DNA of 64,000 bases. It comes from Fimbriosthenelais zetlandica (Eukaryota). Below the pieces are notes generated by a model, which ran no database searches, had not been told where the DNA came from, and saw only the letters and a list, made by a program, of their open reading frames with translations. Below, piece by piece: positions 22,321 through 34,925 of this stretch; within the stretch, counting starts at the first letter, position 1, and each line of letters opens with the position of its first letter. The DNA is taken from contig OZ365113.1 of the NCBI GenBank assembly GCA_977030845.1, forward strand, positions 14,074,001-14,138,000, given 5' to 3'. The position numbers and the translations under genes are program-made.

Positions 22321-25300
22321 ATGAAGCATATTATAGCATATAACCCAGGATATCCTGCAGATTAGAGTGAGGAGCTTCCTGAGGTTCTTTTGAATTATTT
22401 GGGTCCTCTTTCTGAGCCTTCACTGATCTTAAGCACGCATTATAGACTGCGGAGCGGATCTTTCAATCTATTCCAACTTGAGGAACCTATGCGGATGCAA
22501 GTCCCTTACTCATACAGTATTACTTAGGTTGTTGCATTGAGAGCAACGGATGATACATGAAGGTAACAAATTGATTTTGGGCGAAGGTTGGTGCAGCTCA
22601 GTGTTGAATATTTCATTACTGTAGGGGAGGTGGCTGAGAACTAGAGAAGACTGAGCCTAGACTTTCTGGCAGGGTGGATAAGCCAGTAAATATAGGCGCA
22701 GGTATATATGTTCTGCATGCGCGTGTCCGTTGTTCTGATTTCAGATATCGCAAGATCCATGATTTACTAAGTGATTTCCTTTCTTTTCATAATCTTTTCA
22801 TCTAGAGGAGGCATGTCAATTAAGCTTCTGATACTCATTAATTAGAGCAATGAAAAGAGTATACATGTAAATATTTTAGCCTAATATGATTACTTCCTAA
22901 TTATTGAACTATATTGCTATCGCAAATGATGTCAATCTTTGATACAATTCTGCCTTTTGGGGTTGATCCTATTGGTTGGTCTCTGTAAATATACACTTTG
23001 TATACCTGCGATTATTCAGGTATACGCGGTTACCTGTCTTGATCTATAGAATGCACAATATCATACAATACGTATTTCTCGTATATACATATATATGTTG
23101 GAAATTGTTTGATGGCATTCTGCATAATTATCGTACGTACTGTGACGTATAATTTGATGCTATGCAAACAGGTCATCAACAATTGACCATGCCAATTTAA
23201 TAGCGTTGTATTGACTATTATGAACATCGGAAGCCAAGAATTACGACTATTAGGTACAATAATTATGTTACATAATAAATCAATGAGGTACTTAAGGAAA
23301 ACCATATCCTGAGTAATGTTAACTAATGTCCATGACGTCACCAAACCGCGTCAATAAGTGTTGCACATCTAGCATGTTGATTAATGGGTTTAAATTCAAA
23401 TATTTTGAACAACTAAGATTAAGACAATATACCTGGAGAACGTAGTCATTTCCTATACTACTCACATGTGAACAAGTAGCCATTTTCATATGCTACTTAC
23501 CTAAACATAAGAATGAATAGGGATTACCTCAATTTATAAATGGGTGTTACCTCAATATAAGAAGTACAATTATTGACAGAAATTTTGTGATATTCACCTA
23601 CCGTATTGTTGGTATATGGCTGGAACCCAATTCCCCGTGTCAAAACAGGTGAGAAGACTGGCAGGGCATAAACAAAGGGTTGAGGAGCATGCCATCCTTA
23701 CTATTCATTCCGGTGCCTCATGCAATACAGCTTTCAACCTTTAATAGCAATGAAGAAACTTTGATTAAATATTGACATGCATTGTCTATAAGAGTCAAGA
23801 GTCAATGTACACGGTATTATCATTTTTTTTCATCTGGATTCTCCTTTGTCAAGCTATATAGCAGTGTCCCGCCTTTTCGTTGTACCCTATAAATCTCGCA
23901 TATAGGTCCCAGTTTCTGAGCAACACTGCCACTAAAGAGGCTAGTTTTTAACACTGAACCGTGAAACAATACCTCCCAGGAGGACAGCATTTCACTCCTG
24001 AGACTGTAAATATCCCACCTTCCTAAGTATGGCCCCATCTGGAGGGCACTTGGTGGCTCTGGTGGGTGGTGGCCAGTTGCTTTATTGTTTGGAAGTATGG
24101 ACCGATGGTAAGGAGGTGATGGTGAGTGGAGGGTTGCGGGAGAGGCCATTGGGAAGGAGTCATTGGTAAATATGAGAAAACGGTAATAAAACAGTGGGTT
24201 CGATAAGACGACCTATGGTTTATTACTGACCTAGATCTGCAGGAGCATATATAGACAAGTGGACGCTAAGGATTTCTAGTCAATGTTCAAGACTACTGAC
24301 GTGTTTCGATTACACACCATAGTACCCCTTTTCATGCAAGACATGACTTGACAAGATGACATCTTTTCGCTGAATTACAGAAGGGTGTGCCTAGATTTAA
24401 GAACAACCTACACGTGTGGTTTCTGATGTTTAATCTCGCTGTAAAAACACCAATAACGTGGTTGTTCTGAGAGGACAAATTGCACTGGTTCAGAAATGTC
24501 TGCATAGAATGAATTGAAAAACATGCAGCGATTTTAATTTTTCATGTATGACACTTTAGACACGGAAATCAATAACCCATCTGATTAGTTGAGGAGCCTA
24601 CATCTTGGTCTACTATTTTGGGGTCCAGGTCACGTCTCTAGGGGCCAATACCTTCCATGATAAGAATGACAGATTTATGGTGGAACCTTTGATATGAAGC
24701 CATAACTCCATATCCATGTTCAGGATCTAGACATATTAAATAACCCTGCCTCTGAAAAACAATCTCCCTGACAGAGTCCTGATATTGTTCATGACCCTCT
24801 CTGAATTCATTTATATGGGGCCTGAATAATATAAAGCCATATATATTTCTTGCTGCCATGTAATTTTCTAAACTATTTTGGGCTCGCTCCTTTCTATTAG
24901 AGATTCAAAGGTATAGGCCTATACTTATGGTTTGCATACCCTTCCTGCTTCTGTCTCATCAGAGAAAAAGCGTAATCAATCATTCAATAACATAGGTCAA
25001 TTGTCTTTTCTCTCTGAGAGCTCACAAATCAGTGAACTGACCCGTGTCTTTAAACGTCGGTAACCAAGGGTTCAGATAGGATCTTGAGTTCTAATCGATG
25101 TAATGTCCATTGGATCATTGGATCAATAGGCAAGAAGTGAAGGGGTCAGTTTCTCTTGATCCCTCACAGTGCTCCGCCTCATGGGGCAAGCTCAGATTGT
25201 GCTTGTGAGGGACGAGGATATTTGGCAATTAACTTTGCTAATTAGTTAGTGGCTATTGCCATCACAGCTGAAGTCGAACTGTATCTGTCTATATAGGAAA

Positions 25301-27149
25301 GAACAAAGGCTACCTAGAGGGTTCCCTATATATATTATTTGATACAACCAAAATCATAAATTGCGGTCTTGGAACTTCTTATAAGACGATCATTATTTAG
25401 TAGCTTGTTGCTGCATTGTGTTGCAGGTCATCCTAGAGCATTTCTTATACTTGGCATCGTCCGTCTTACCCATATATACCCTCTTTTGTATCGATCAAAG
25501 GCAGTCCTATATTACAGGGAAGCACCAACGTTCTGCTATGCTTTGGTAGTATATTACATATTCACGCCAGTCTTGCCACTAGAGGGAATACGGGTGGGCC
25601 CCTGCTCAAGGAACGCGCGCCCACTCAACAGTTATTGATTTTGCGTGCCCAGTGGGAGGCTGAAAGGATGAGCAGGCCACATTTGTGACGGGCGCAGGGT
25701 TTCAGAACATCCACAGACGTAAATGCATGGAAGGCACTGCTGCTGAACCAATGGATTCCAGTCTCTTTATAAAATAACATGTATTTTACCTGCATGGGAG
25801 AACTAGAACTTACGTTTTATGCCTTTATACATTTCAATTCCCCAATATCTATAGGCCTAATCATATATACACTTAACAATGATTCATGAATGTTCATCTT
25901 TTCCTGGATAAATCCATTTGAAATAATAAAATAAGGATAGGCAGGCATGCAGTGGAGGGCAAGATTCTGTAAGCAGAGAGGACTTAGCAATCAGGCAGGG
26001 GAAGAGTAGAGGGTGGGGGTAAGCAAGATACGAAGTAGAGCTAGCTTTGGAGGAGTCAGGGTTGGGAGTATACATATATAGGGAGGCACCACTCAACCAT
26101 ACACCGAGTAGACCTCGCGATATCCCAATAAAATGATAACCCCCTGGAATCCAGCTTGTTTCGTTAACCATTCCTTAAAACACGCCCAATTGGGCTGGAG
26201 GCAAGCCGGTAGTCCCCCTAGCGCCATATACTTTAAGTATAGTAGTGCATCTGGAGAGAGACGACAGATGGGGCTAGTATCTAAAGGCCAGCAGTTCTCC
26301 CAGAGATGTACACACACCGAGTAGGCAAACCTCAAGATGGCACCAGCAACCTGCCTTCCTCTGAATCGTCTTATCCGGGAGGTAAAAGTTGGAAACCAAA
26401 CATGATTTCCTTCCATCCTTACTAACTGAATTTCCCATTTTAAAACAAATTATATAGCTAAGCATAAAAGCCAATGTGACAACATTTCTGCTGTGAACTT
26501 TTGCTGAATACTTTTGCCCATATAGATATGTTCCCACTTGGATCCGCTAGATTACCAACATAATATTCATCTTTCAAAAAGAAAATTGTATAAATTAGTT
26601 GCCTTCATCCCCAATGTCATGAATACAGAAAGCGAACATAACCCAGGAGTCGGGGTGACTGAATAGAAACCATGAATTTCACAACCACAAAAAAAGTTAA
26701 ATAGTTTGAAATTCAATTCCCTCGTTTAGCTACATATAAATAGATGTTAACAGATGAAACATATAGTAAGTGTAACGGATGGCTAGGTCGGTATGTCTGT
26801 CATATATTTGTTTGTCAATAGTTCATGTTGGAAAAGGGAAAAAGTCACATCCCATCCACTAAACCTGTCTCTCGCTGATACTTATCTGGGAAGAACAACA
26901 AGTTTGATTTGGGTTTTTGTCATATCTCTTTCAGCCCGCTGTCAAGCTCAACAAAGCCGCTATGGATAGCTATAAAACCGCCCTCAACTCGCATTTTTCA
27001 TAAATTAGAATTTACTTTTCTTTAGAGAGGTGAATACATAATCAGAGAATTGTGCTCGAGGGGAGAGTGGGGGATAAAAAGGGGCGTTATAAAGTAACTT
27101 GTCTCATCCTGAGTGGGAAGATCCTATACAGATACGGGGAGGCATATTA

Positions 27150-27343
27150 GTAACATCCAAGCTAACGTGATATCTTAAGATTCTTGAAACATTTTGACAT
27201 CCAACCCAAAATAAATCCACAGCCATCGTGGTTACAACTGACCAGAAGTAACGTAAAAATGGGATAGTAACATCCAAAAGAGATGTTAACATCCAAAAAA
27301 ATGTTAGCATCCATCGATGGACACGTTAACATCTGAAAATGAT
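27150..27343. repeat. Degenerate tandem repeat, core GT(T)AACATCC, about 18-22 bp period
   Basis: Copies at about 27150, 27267, 27285, 27303 and 27325, plus a partial copy at 27196. Confidence 0.6.
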
Positions 27344-29705
27344 GTGGATGACTGGGCTCCCTCAGCTAACACACGGGTGTCTGAGTGGTCTACTTGATCC
27401 ATGGTCCAGTGGTCTGATAGATTAGGGTAATTTTGAGCCTATTGCTTTATCAGTAATCATTATGGTCCGAATAAGAAGATAATGAACGTACTAAAGATGA
27501 GATAGAAGTTGAAAATGATTCAGTGCCAGAGCTCATCCGAGTATCCATTCACGTGCTCTATGAAATGGGTCTCCAGATGAGATGGCTGAAGAGGTTCTCC
27601 CATCGAGTGCAAGAATGGCAATGTTTGAAAATGAGTCATAGAAGGACTCAAGGGAACCACAATTTGTCTAGCCTTGTCTCTTTAAAATGGATATGGGGAA
27701 TAGAAATAGAAATCACCATTGCCATTTCCAGCTCTTTTTCTGGTTCGTGGTCGTCCTCGGAAAGTGTGGGGCTGATGAATCAGATAGAACAAGTGTGTAG
27801 TATGACTATGATTACAGTAATAATATCAGTAGTCTGACCCCTTCATGTCATACATCCCACACAGAGACATCAATCGGCTTGCTAAGTGTACGTCTGTCTC
27901 TGTTACACTCAATAGCACCTTAGATAGCAAGATTTCACTACCGCTGCTGCTGTCAGATCAAATTCTTACAAGTATTTAAATCCAATTTATATTAGTTTGG
28001 ATATCAGGTATGATCTTGTTTGTGGTGCCTGCTATATAAAAGACCCGGTCGAGAATATCATTGTTCTGACCGTTTGTGACAAGAATGTCAAGAGGTCGAA
28101 TGCGATTGGCCCTTTGTCTCCTTACAGGTGGGAGTCTTTGCATGTTCCAATTGCTGCTCGTCATATAATGGCGACTTTGCCCTGCAACTTGTTTCCACGC
28201 CCCTTGTATCGCGTGTCTCCTCGCATGACCCTTTAATTAACGAGACTTACCGAGATTTGGTAACAATGACAACATCGTTATTGTGACATTTTTGTCAAGG
28301 CCCGTCTCGGTCTAGTCTCGGCGAGAATGTCGTGAGATACTACGAGGTTTTGACACACAAAATGGTGCAGCTGATATAATGATGGGTTGAAAGGGTACTT
28401 CAACAATAGCCTCCTACCCATATAACTACGTACTTGTTTGCACTTGTCATAATTTGGAATAATGTGAAAAATATTCCCGTGGGTTCTACAGAGATATTTA
28501 TGGTTATTGTTGGGCAACTGAATTTCTTTGTGAATTGTTTATGCCCCGAATTTTGCACGCTCCCAGTCCGAGGGCAATTTGTTTAGAACCTTCATAATAA
28601 TATACGAGCATAGAAATATGGAAAAGGGTAAGACAGGAAAACATCAAATTTTAGACATTTTTTTTTCAGATAAGAATATTATTCTAGACAGCATCTTTCG
28701 ATGGCCTTCACCTTCCTAAAGCACTTGAGGACGGAACCATGAAAAATAACATAGATATTTAGGAAAATGGAAAGTCTTTAATCACTGTAAGAGCATTTAA
28801 CATAATTAACATGTTTTTATCAATGTTTTCGCTCTTTCACGTTCACCTTTTTCAGCTGACTTAAAAATCCGGAAGTAATACCCTCAGTGAAAATGCTTCA
28901 GGCGCCGGGGAGTATTTTCAGAGCCTGGGGGAAGCCAGTGAATTATGAGTGAAGATAAAATACTCATATGTTTTTATCATCACAGAATATTTTTACATAT
29001 GCTTTTTCCACTGTCTTCTGTGTGTAATTGTTGAGATGCCACTTGAGGCTTGAGTCGTGCACCTCGGCGGCAGACTTCAAAGCAATAAGGGGATGGCTCA
29101 GGGGTCGTCAGTGTGGGCGTTTTACAAGGACCCAGTCCAACTTTATGTCAGGTGACGAACATGGAACCACGTCCACAGATCCACAGAAAAACGTTTAGAA
29201 AATGACAACCGGTAAAAGGCATGTCTAGATCAAGATCACTTCTTGATATCACTAGGAAGAAATTACAGAACGACATAACTCAAACAACTTGTGTTTGGTC
29301 GCTAGACTATCACCTGGGTAGAAGGCTATATTTATCACTACTTTTATATTAAGAAGTTGCCAATTGGGATAGAAAGGGCAAGGGAACTAGGCTGGAAACA
29401 TGCATCTTGACACATATATAGTAAAAGTGGACAAAGTGAAGCAGACCCTATATAGCCTACTCTATCAAAGGCCGGAGGCGCTTTCAGTCCTCTTTTTCTC
29501 AACACAATGTGCTGCGTCCATCAGAGCTCCCTACATACATCTTCAGTGGCCAAATACTGAATCTTTTATGAACTTAAATCAACATTCCTGAATCACCAAA
29601 TACATGCACTATAAAGGAACACTTTTGATGAAACAATAGAACCATTGCCTCTCCCAGAACTCTGCTAGTCATTTTGCCTCTTCATCAATGCATTTGATGT
29701 CTTTT

Positions 29706-29776
29706 ATAGTCAATATTGAAATTGCCTACAGCAAGATGGGACGATCAAAGGTTCCGTCTACAATTTTGATCCAGAG
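29706..29776 (-). mobile_element. Possible LINE APE-endonuclease fragment
   Basis: LWIKI followed, in another frame, by HLAVGNFNIDY (compare the GDFN motif); spacing is shorter than normal and a stop follows. Confidence 0.25.
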
Positions 29777-30080
29777 TAAAAATGGTCAAATATGCATAGA
29801 TCATTCATGATGCCCATTAGCAGATGCTTCTTTCTTTAGAACTGACAATGGCCGGTTTCGGGATGTATAGACTATGTACTGTATTTGTCTTGGCATAATC
29901 CGTTCCCCAGAATCTTTTTACGGCCCCAATATCAAGGCCAGCGGAACTTTTTCAAATAATCTCCATCATAACCGATAGGGCAAAAGGGAAACAAATCTGA
30001 AGTTACATTCTCAGTTCGTTTCACAGTTCACTTTTTTTTATAAACACCGAGATGATTCTTCTGTCAGTCAAGAAGCATTC

Positions 30081-30370
30081 AAGACGTGCAGGCAGACCTC
30101 CACGTAGGTATTGAGTGTTTCATGAAGGTGGTGGAGCTATGTTTTAAAGTCTCTGGATTGCATCGCACGTCAACAACTGACGTTCACTCACCCAGACGTT
30201 CACGACACAACACTTGTTGGACCAACATTTTAGCCGTCTATTGGGGACACAAATCACGTTTAAATTGCGCGAGAGAGTGTGAGATTTACCGAGTCATTGA
30301 GTGCTTGAATAACGGGACCACTCTTTTACGTTGCCACCTTGAGCCGGAAGTCGTGACGACGTTAACGACA
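30081..30370 (-). promoter_or_regulatory. CpG-rich promoter-like island with candidate first exon
   Basis: About 19 CpG in about 290 bp in a CpG-poor background; ETS motif CCGGAAGT at 30344-30351; aaaATG at 30228 and donor CTGG|GTGAGT after 30192. Confidence 0.5.
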
Positions 30371-30843
30371 ACCATCATGTGACAGTTTCTTCGAAAATAG
30401 TAAATAGAAAGTTTGTGAGATAATTATTTTTCCATACAAGTATTCCACTTAGTAGCGGAAACTATAAAGAACGATTCCTACTATAATATGTCTGTCCACT
30501 GATGGGAAACCCAAGTCTTAAATCCACGACATGATAATTGTATATCTTGACATTGGAGCATCTGAGTACATAGTATTGAGTATAATAGGGTAAACACTGT
30601 ACTGATAAGGCAGCTACACAGACATATTCACCATGACAGTAGGCAGTCACCTGTTACCACGGTGACTCTACTGCTAATTACCACCAATTACATATTATAC
30701 CATTAGATCCAATTGACTTTTTCAGGGCTTGCCTGTGGGTGGCCACTGTCTATAAACTTTACCGCAGTCCTTTAATCTTGTTTCTACTTTCTTTTTCTAG
30801 TACAGGCCACTCAGAATTGATGGGATAATGATCGTGAAGCACC

Positions 30844-30912
30844 GGACTTTTTATGGGGTACACTCCGATCCCTATATAGGGATCGAGGTGTAGCCTACCT
30901 CATAAAAAGTCC
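30844..30912. repeat. 69-bp near-perfect palindrome
   Basis: GGACTTTTTATG...CGATCCCTATATAGGGATCG...CATAAAAAGTCC; arms pair except for a few mismatches and a 5-nt bulge. Confidence 0.85.
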
Positions 30913-33458
30913 AATATACATGTAGCCTACATTGTCATGTATGTATTTGGTAGCTATTAGTTTTACCTCCCACCAAATCTGATATATGCATCTCTGGAAG
31001 ATTAATAGACTTGATGTAGATGAAAACACAATCATTCTGCATGTAGCCTATATATTCAGATGGTTCAGCCTCATTGATGGGGGCAGATTTCTTGAATTTA
31101 ATTTCTGAGTGAATGTTGATTCTAAAATTGGAGCTGATGACAGATTTGTTTAGAGCCCAAGATAGGACATGACATCAGCCTTTCCTTCCTGAGGCATGAT
31201 TTTGCAGGGGAAGGGGTCTTGCATATAGTTCAGTCACCATGCACCTATAACATGATTAGGTTCAAAGGTCTTGAACTAAGTCATCAAGCAGAGCGAAAAG
31301 ACTCCAGTCTTGTTTTCTTTTCATTTATCATAATTTCTTCATTCTACTATCTCTGAGAGCTGTTGTATCTTGTTCTCCACCCTTCCCAAGTCATAAATTA
31401 TGTATGATCAACTCCTCGATTGTTAGTGCGATAGAGGGAGCAGTGAGGATATCATTCCACCACTATCTTCTATGTCCATCGAGAACTGAGGGCGGTCCTC
31501 GCTTAGATCGTCCGTCAGATCACATCTGCCCTCCCGTCACATTCACTTGCCTGCGTCCCACTCCAAGTTCAACCACCCCAACCAAACCACCTCTCTCTTT
31601 TCTTCCTCTTCTCATACAGTAGGAAACTCAGGGAACCAACACTTTCACTGCTCCCATGTGAGGTACAGTCATACAGATATGCGAGATTAAACTTGAAAGT
31701 ACAATATTCAACTCTCAGACACTGGTGGGGGATTCACAGCATTAATATTCCAGCTAAGATGTAACAATACTAGCTATAGATGCCAGAGGCAATATTTAAT
31801 GCCATCAAATAGCTGCATGCCTCGGTCACGCGTAACTTCTATATAGAAAGTACTGTTCTGCTTTATTTGAGTTCCCATAGTATCTGATATATTAAAAAAT
31901 CCTATCTAGTGAGTGTATGAGCGTGATGGGGGAGGTTGCAGATCACATTGCTCCCACTCTCAGACACCAGTATTTGGGATCTTTATATTGAATATCAGTC
32001 ATTTCACTGTGTGACAGCAGTACCATAGCCAACTGGTATGAGTGAAACACAAGCTGGGCTTGATTTAAATGCCCTGTAAGCTGATGTCTCTTATAGCACG
32101 GCTGGCTGAACCTCTCAATTATCCAACAATCCATCACCTTACATACATATATGCTGCTGTGTCACTACATATGTATACAACTACTTTACAGCCGTGTATG
32201 ATAGAGTTTGGATCCTTTCATTCCCTCATGGACATGGATGTCGATGACTTCGAAGCTTTCAAGTACAGGGAGTCGTGCATGGTATTATATATAGTTGGGA
32301 CCTTTCCCTGCATCTTACATGCTTACAAGGAGTCTCCAAAACCCTCTCAGCAGTCTCATTGAAGACAGGAAGGACTTCAGCTGTGGGAGCTGCGATGGAT
32401 GTAGGGAGAGAGGCCTTAAGAGGAGGAGTTGTGATATCGTGGCAGCTGTAGGCTATAGGGGCCTGTGAGGAGAGCTGGAGGGTGGCACTTCTCTCCAATA
32501 GTAGTTCCCGTTTCCCACAATTGGGCTACACACAGTGCTCTATGGGTAGGATACTTATGAAGCATAGAACACATGCATCCTAGATCATCTGTTGAAGAGG
32601 TATACAACAGAGCGGAAGTGTGGAATGAACCCAGGGACATAAAACATCAGATCAAAGTCTATGGTGGAAGAACGAGGTGTTTGGAGGTGGTAGAAGAGGA
32701 GGAGGAGGAGTAAGAGGAGGTGGATAAGGCTGAGTGGGTCCTCTGTGTATTAAGTATGAGTCCCTGGCATGAGCATACACACATCGCTACAAGTGGGACT
32801 ATGGGGCAATCTTACTCCTCCAAGTTACCCCTTTACAAGCAGCCGTGAAGGGTAGTTACTTTCCGGAGAGACTTCACAGTGAGAAGTCCTCTAACTGGCG
32901 AGTCATTTCTGATCCTCCACACTGTTGGCTCACTTGGTGACAGGGTTCATTCCCGCTGCTTTTGTTGGGTGTTCTAAATGTTCCATTTCACTGGAGAGTA
33001 TCTATTGTTTTTCTTCCCCGATTTCCACGCGGCGGGATCTCCACGATAAGCCGACCAGAATGATATGGCTGGGTCCCTTGGAGGTTATACAGTTTTTCAG
33101 AAAATGACTGGGATGCATAATTGTTGTGATTACCTAGCAGGATTCTTGTCTCTTCTGAGTGGAGACATAACAGACAGAGTTCACTTTGGAGGATGCCACT
33201 TTTTGCAGGACACTTAAAACAATTTCCATACAATTACCCTAACTTCGAGGCCAATTTCAGATACAGCTGATTTGGAATAGTTTTGAATATTGGTGTCGGC
33301 GTATGTAAAACATGTCATTGGTAGGAAAGCGAAAATTATAACTGCACTATTAGTCATATGATATGATTACCTGCCTTTTGATAGAAGACAGAAAGGCAAT
33401 GCATCATAGATAATGCAAAATCGTTAGGAAATGGATAACCGATCTCCCTAACTGGGGT

Positions 33459-33465
33459 TATAAAA
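33459..33465 (+). promoter_or_regulatory. TATA box of the ITIH-like gene (candidate)
   Basis: TATAAAA about 65 nt upstream of the first in-frame ATG of the signal-peptide exon. Confidence 0.4.
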
Positions 33466-33528
33466 CATATATCTTCCGCGGATTAAATCCAAGCTAGTCA
33501 TATAACTGATTCATGTATTGATGTTTCA

Positions 33529-33645
33529 ATGGAAACCATGGACCATCCTCGTATTATGGACAAATTCGTCCTCCTGTGTCTTGTACTTTCATTGGGAAAG
33601 GCACTGGAGGTTGGACAGGTGGCCGATGAAGGGGAAACGACTGTG
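33529..33645 (+). CDS. ITIH: ITIH-like gene, probable exon 1 (signal peptide)
   Basis: METMDHPRIMDKFVLLCLVLSLGKALEVGQVADEGETTV, with in-frame ATGs at 33529, 33538 (accATGG) and 33556, an upstream in-frame stop and a hydrophobic signal core. The phase-0 donor GTG|GTAAGT fits the phase-0 exon at 56050. Linkage across 22.4 kb is inferred. Confidence 0.7.
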
Positions 33646-33700
33646 GTAAGTGCAATCACCATATTAGGTACCTAACTACCAACCTATCCTATTCATAATA

Positions 33701-34925
33701 CAGTAGAACCTCTCTATTAAGGACAGGCTCCGTCGCACCTCATTTTGTCCGTAATGCGAGGTTGTCGTAATTGGGAGGAGGCTGCCTCCCAATACACAAA
33801 CAAATAGAGATGTGTATTGGCAAGTCAATAGTACTATCAAGGGCGCTGTATCAATGCGTTAATGTCTTACTACTATAGAAAAGAAACTAGAAAATGATAT
33901 TAAGAACATAGAAACATTCCATTTTTTTTCATTAAATCAAAGACGGTATTATACAATACAATAATCACATAATTATTTTAATGATCAGAACATTGAGTAC
34001 TATAAATAGGCCTACTGTATATATGCTTTGATCCGCCTATATAAGTCTATAAATATCTAGTTTATAAAAGTCTATAATTATATATAGAATAAAAAAAATA
34101 AATAAAATCGACATGCAGTAAAATCGATGACAAATTTAACTATGAAGTTAGGAATACTTTTCCTAATTCTACTTTTTCAAAAAACTAGTGATATTAGTCT
34201 GATGTTTTGCTCTGTGGACTTTGTCTTTCTGGAAATTCTTCAGGGCAGACATGATATCACAGAGACTGTTGTCATAGCCTCTCTTAAGGAACTTGCGACG
34301 AAGTTTATCCAGCATCATTTGTGTCGTCCCGGTAACCCCCTCCCCTTCATCCTCCAGGCAGGCTGGAGGATGAAGGGGAGGGGGTAATAGAGCGACTTCT
34401 TTCCCATGTGTCGCGCACATCGTTTGGCCAGGTAGAGAGGGGAGAATGTGAGGGAGAGAGGTGAGGGGACGGATTGGGAACAAGAATAGACAGTTAATGA
34501 TTAACAATAGATTTCTTGTTATATTAATTATAATCCCTCCCCTCGTTACCACACCACCCCCTACCCCTACCCCCACCCCTAACATCCCTTCCTTCCACAT
34601 CAAAGACTTGCGCCGACATAAAAACAACAACGGCGCGACAATCAAGCTTGACCGGGCGGAGCATTGTTTATTTAAGACGGGAGAGGTGTGAAAAGCTTAT
34701 ATCGCATGAGGGCGCGACTGTCAACTTGACCTGAGTATAGAGGGTATTTAGGTTTTCGTTCCACAAAATGTTGTCCGTATTGCGAGGTGTCCGTAATAGC
34801 CCGTGTCCTTAATTGGGAGGGGAAATTAAACATGAAATAGAGGGAAAAAATTCCGTTCCGGCCGAATTTGTCCGTTATGCGAGGTTGTCGTAATTGGGAG
34901 GTGACCGTATAGCGAGGTTCTACTG
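33701..34925 (-). mobile_element. Internally deleted pogo/Tigger-like (Tc1/mariner superfamily) DNA transposon, 1225 bp
   Basis: TA|CAGTAGAACCTC...GAGGTTCTACTG|TA: TIRs match at 16 of the first 17 bp, with TA on both sides. A 35-bp subterminal direct repeat at 33744 and 34867 has 1 mismatch. Confidence 0.9.
34169..34354 (-). pseudogene. pogo-type transposase C-terminal remnant with PIP-box-like end
   Basis: EDEGEGVTGTTQMMLDKLRRKFLKRGYDNSLCDIMSALKNFQKDKVHRAKHQTNITSFLKK*: acidic patch, helical tail and QxxIxxF(L), typical of pogo/Tigger C-termini. No HTH or DDD domain seen. Confidence 0.65.

Noticed and set aside
23333-23340. CRE site TGACGTCA (also at 970) and an NRF1-like TGCATGCGCG at 22714
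   Set aside because: Isolated short motifs expected at about this frequency by chance; no TSS evidence.
26093-26416. 107-aa ORF containing ACFKEWL, similar to DTL KCFKEWM
   Set aside because: Flanking residues do not match and there are no suitable splice sites; probably a repeat fragment.
30192-30228. Calling the orphan first exon DTL/Cdt2
   Set aside because: Only a loose 13-aa resemblance; no HxNAVFD, GGRDG or other WD40 exon found downstream on the minus strand.
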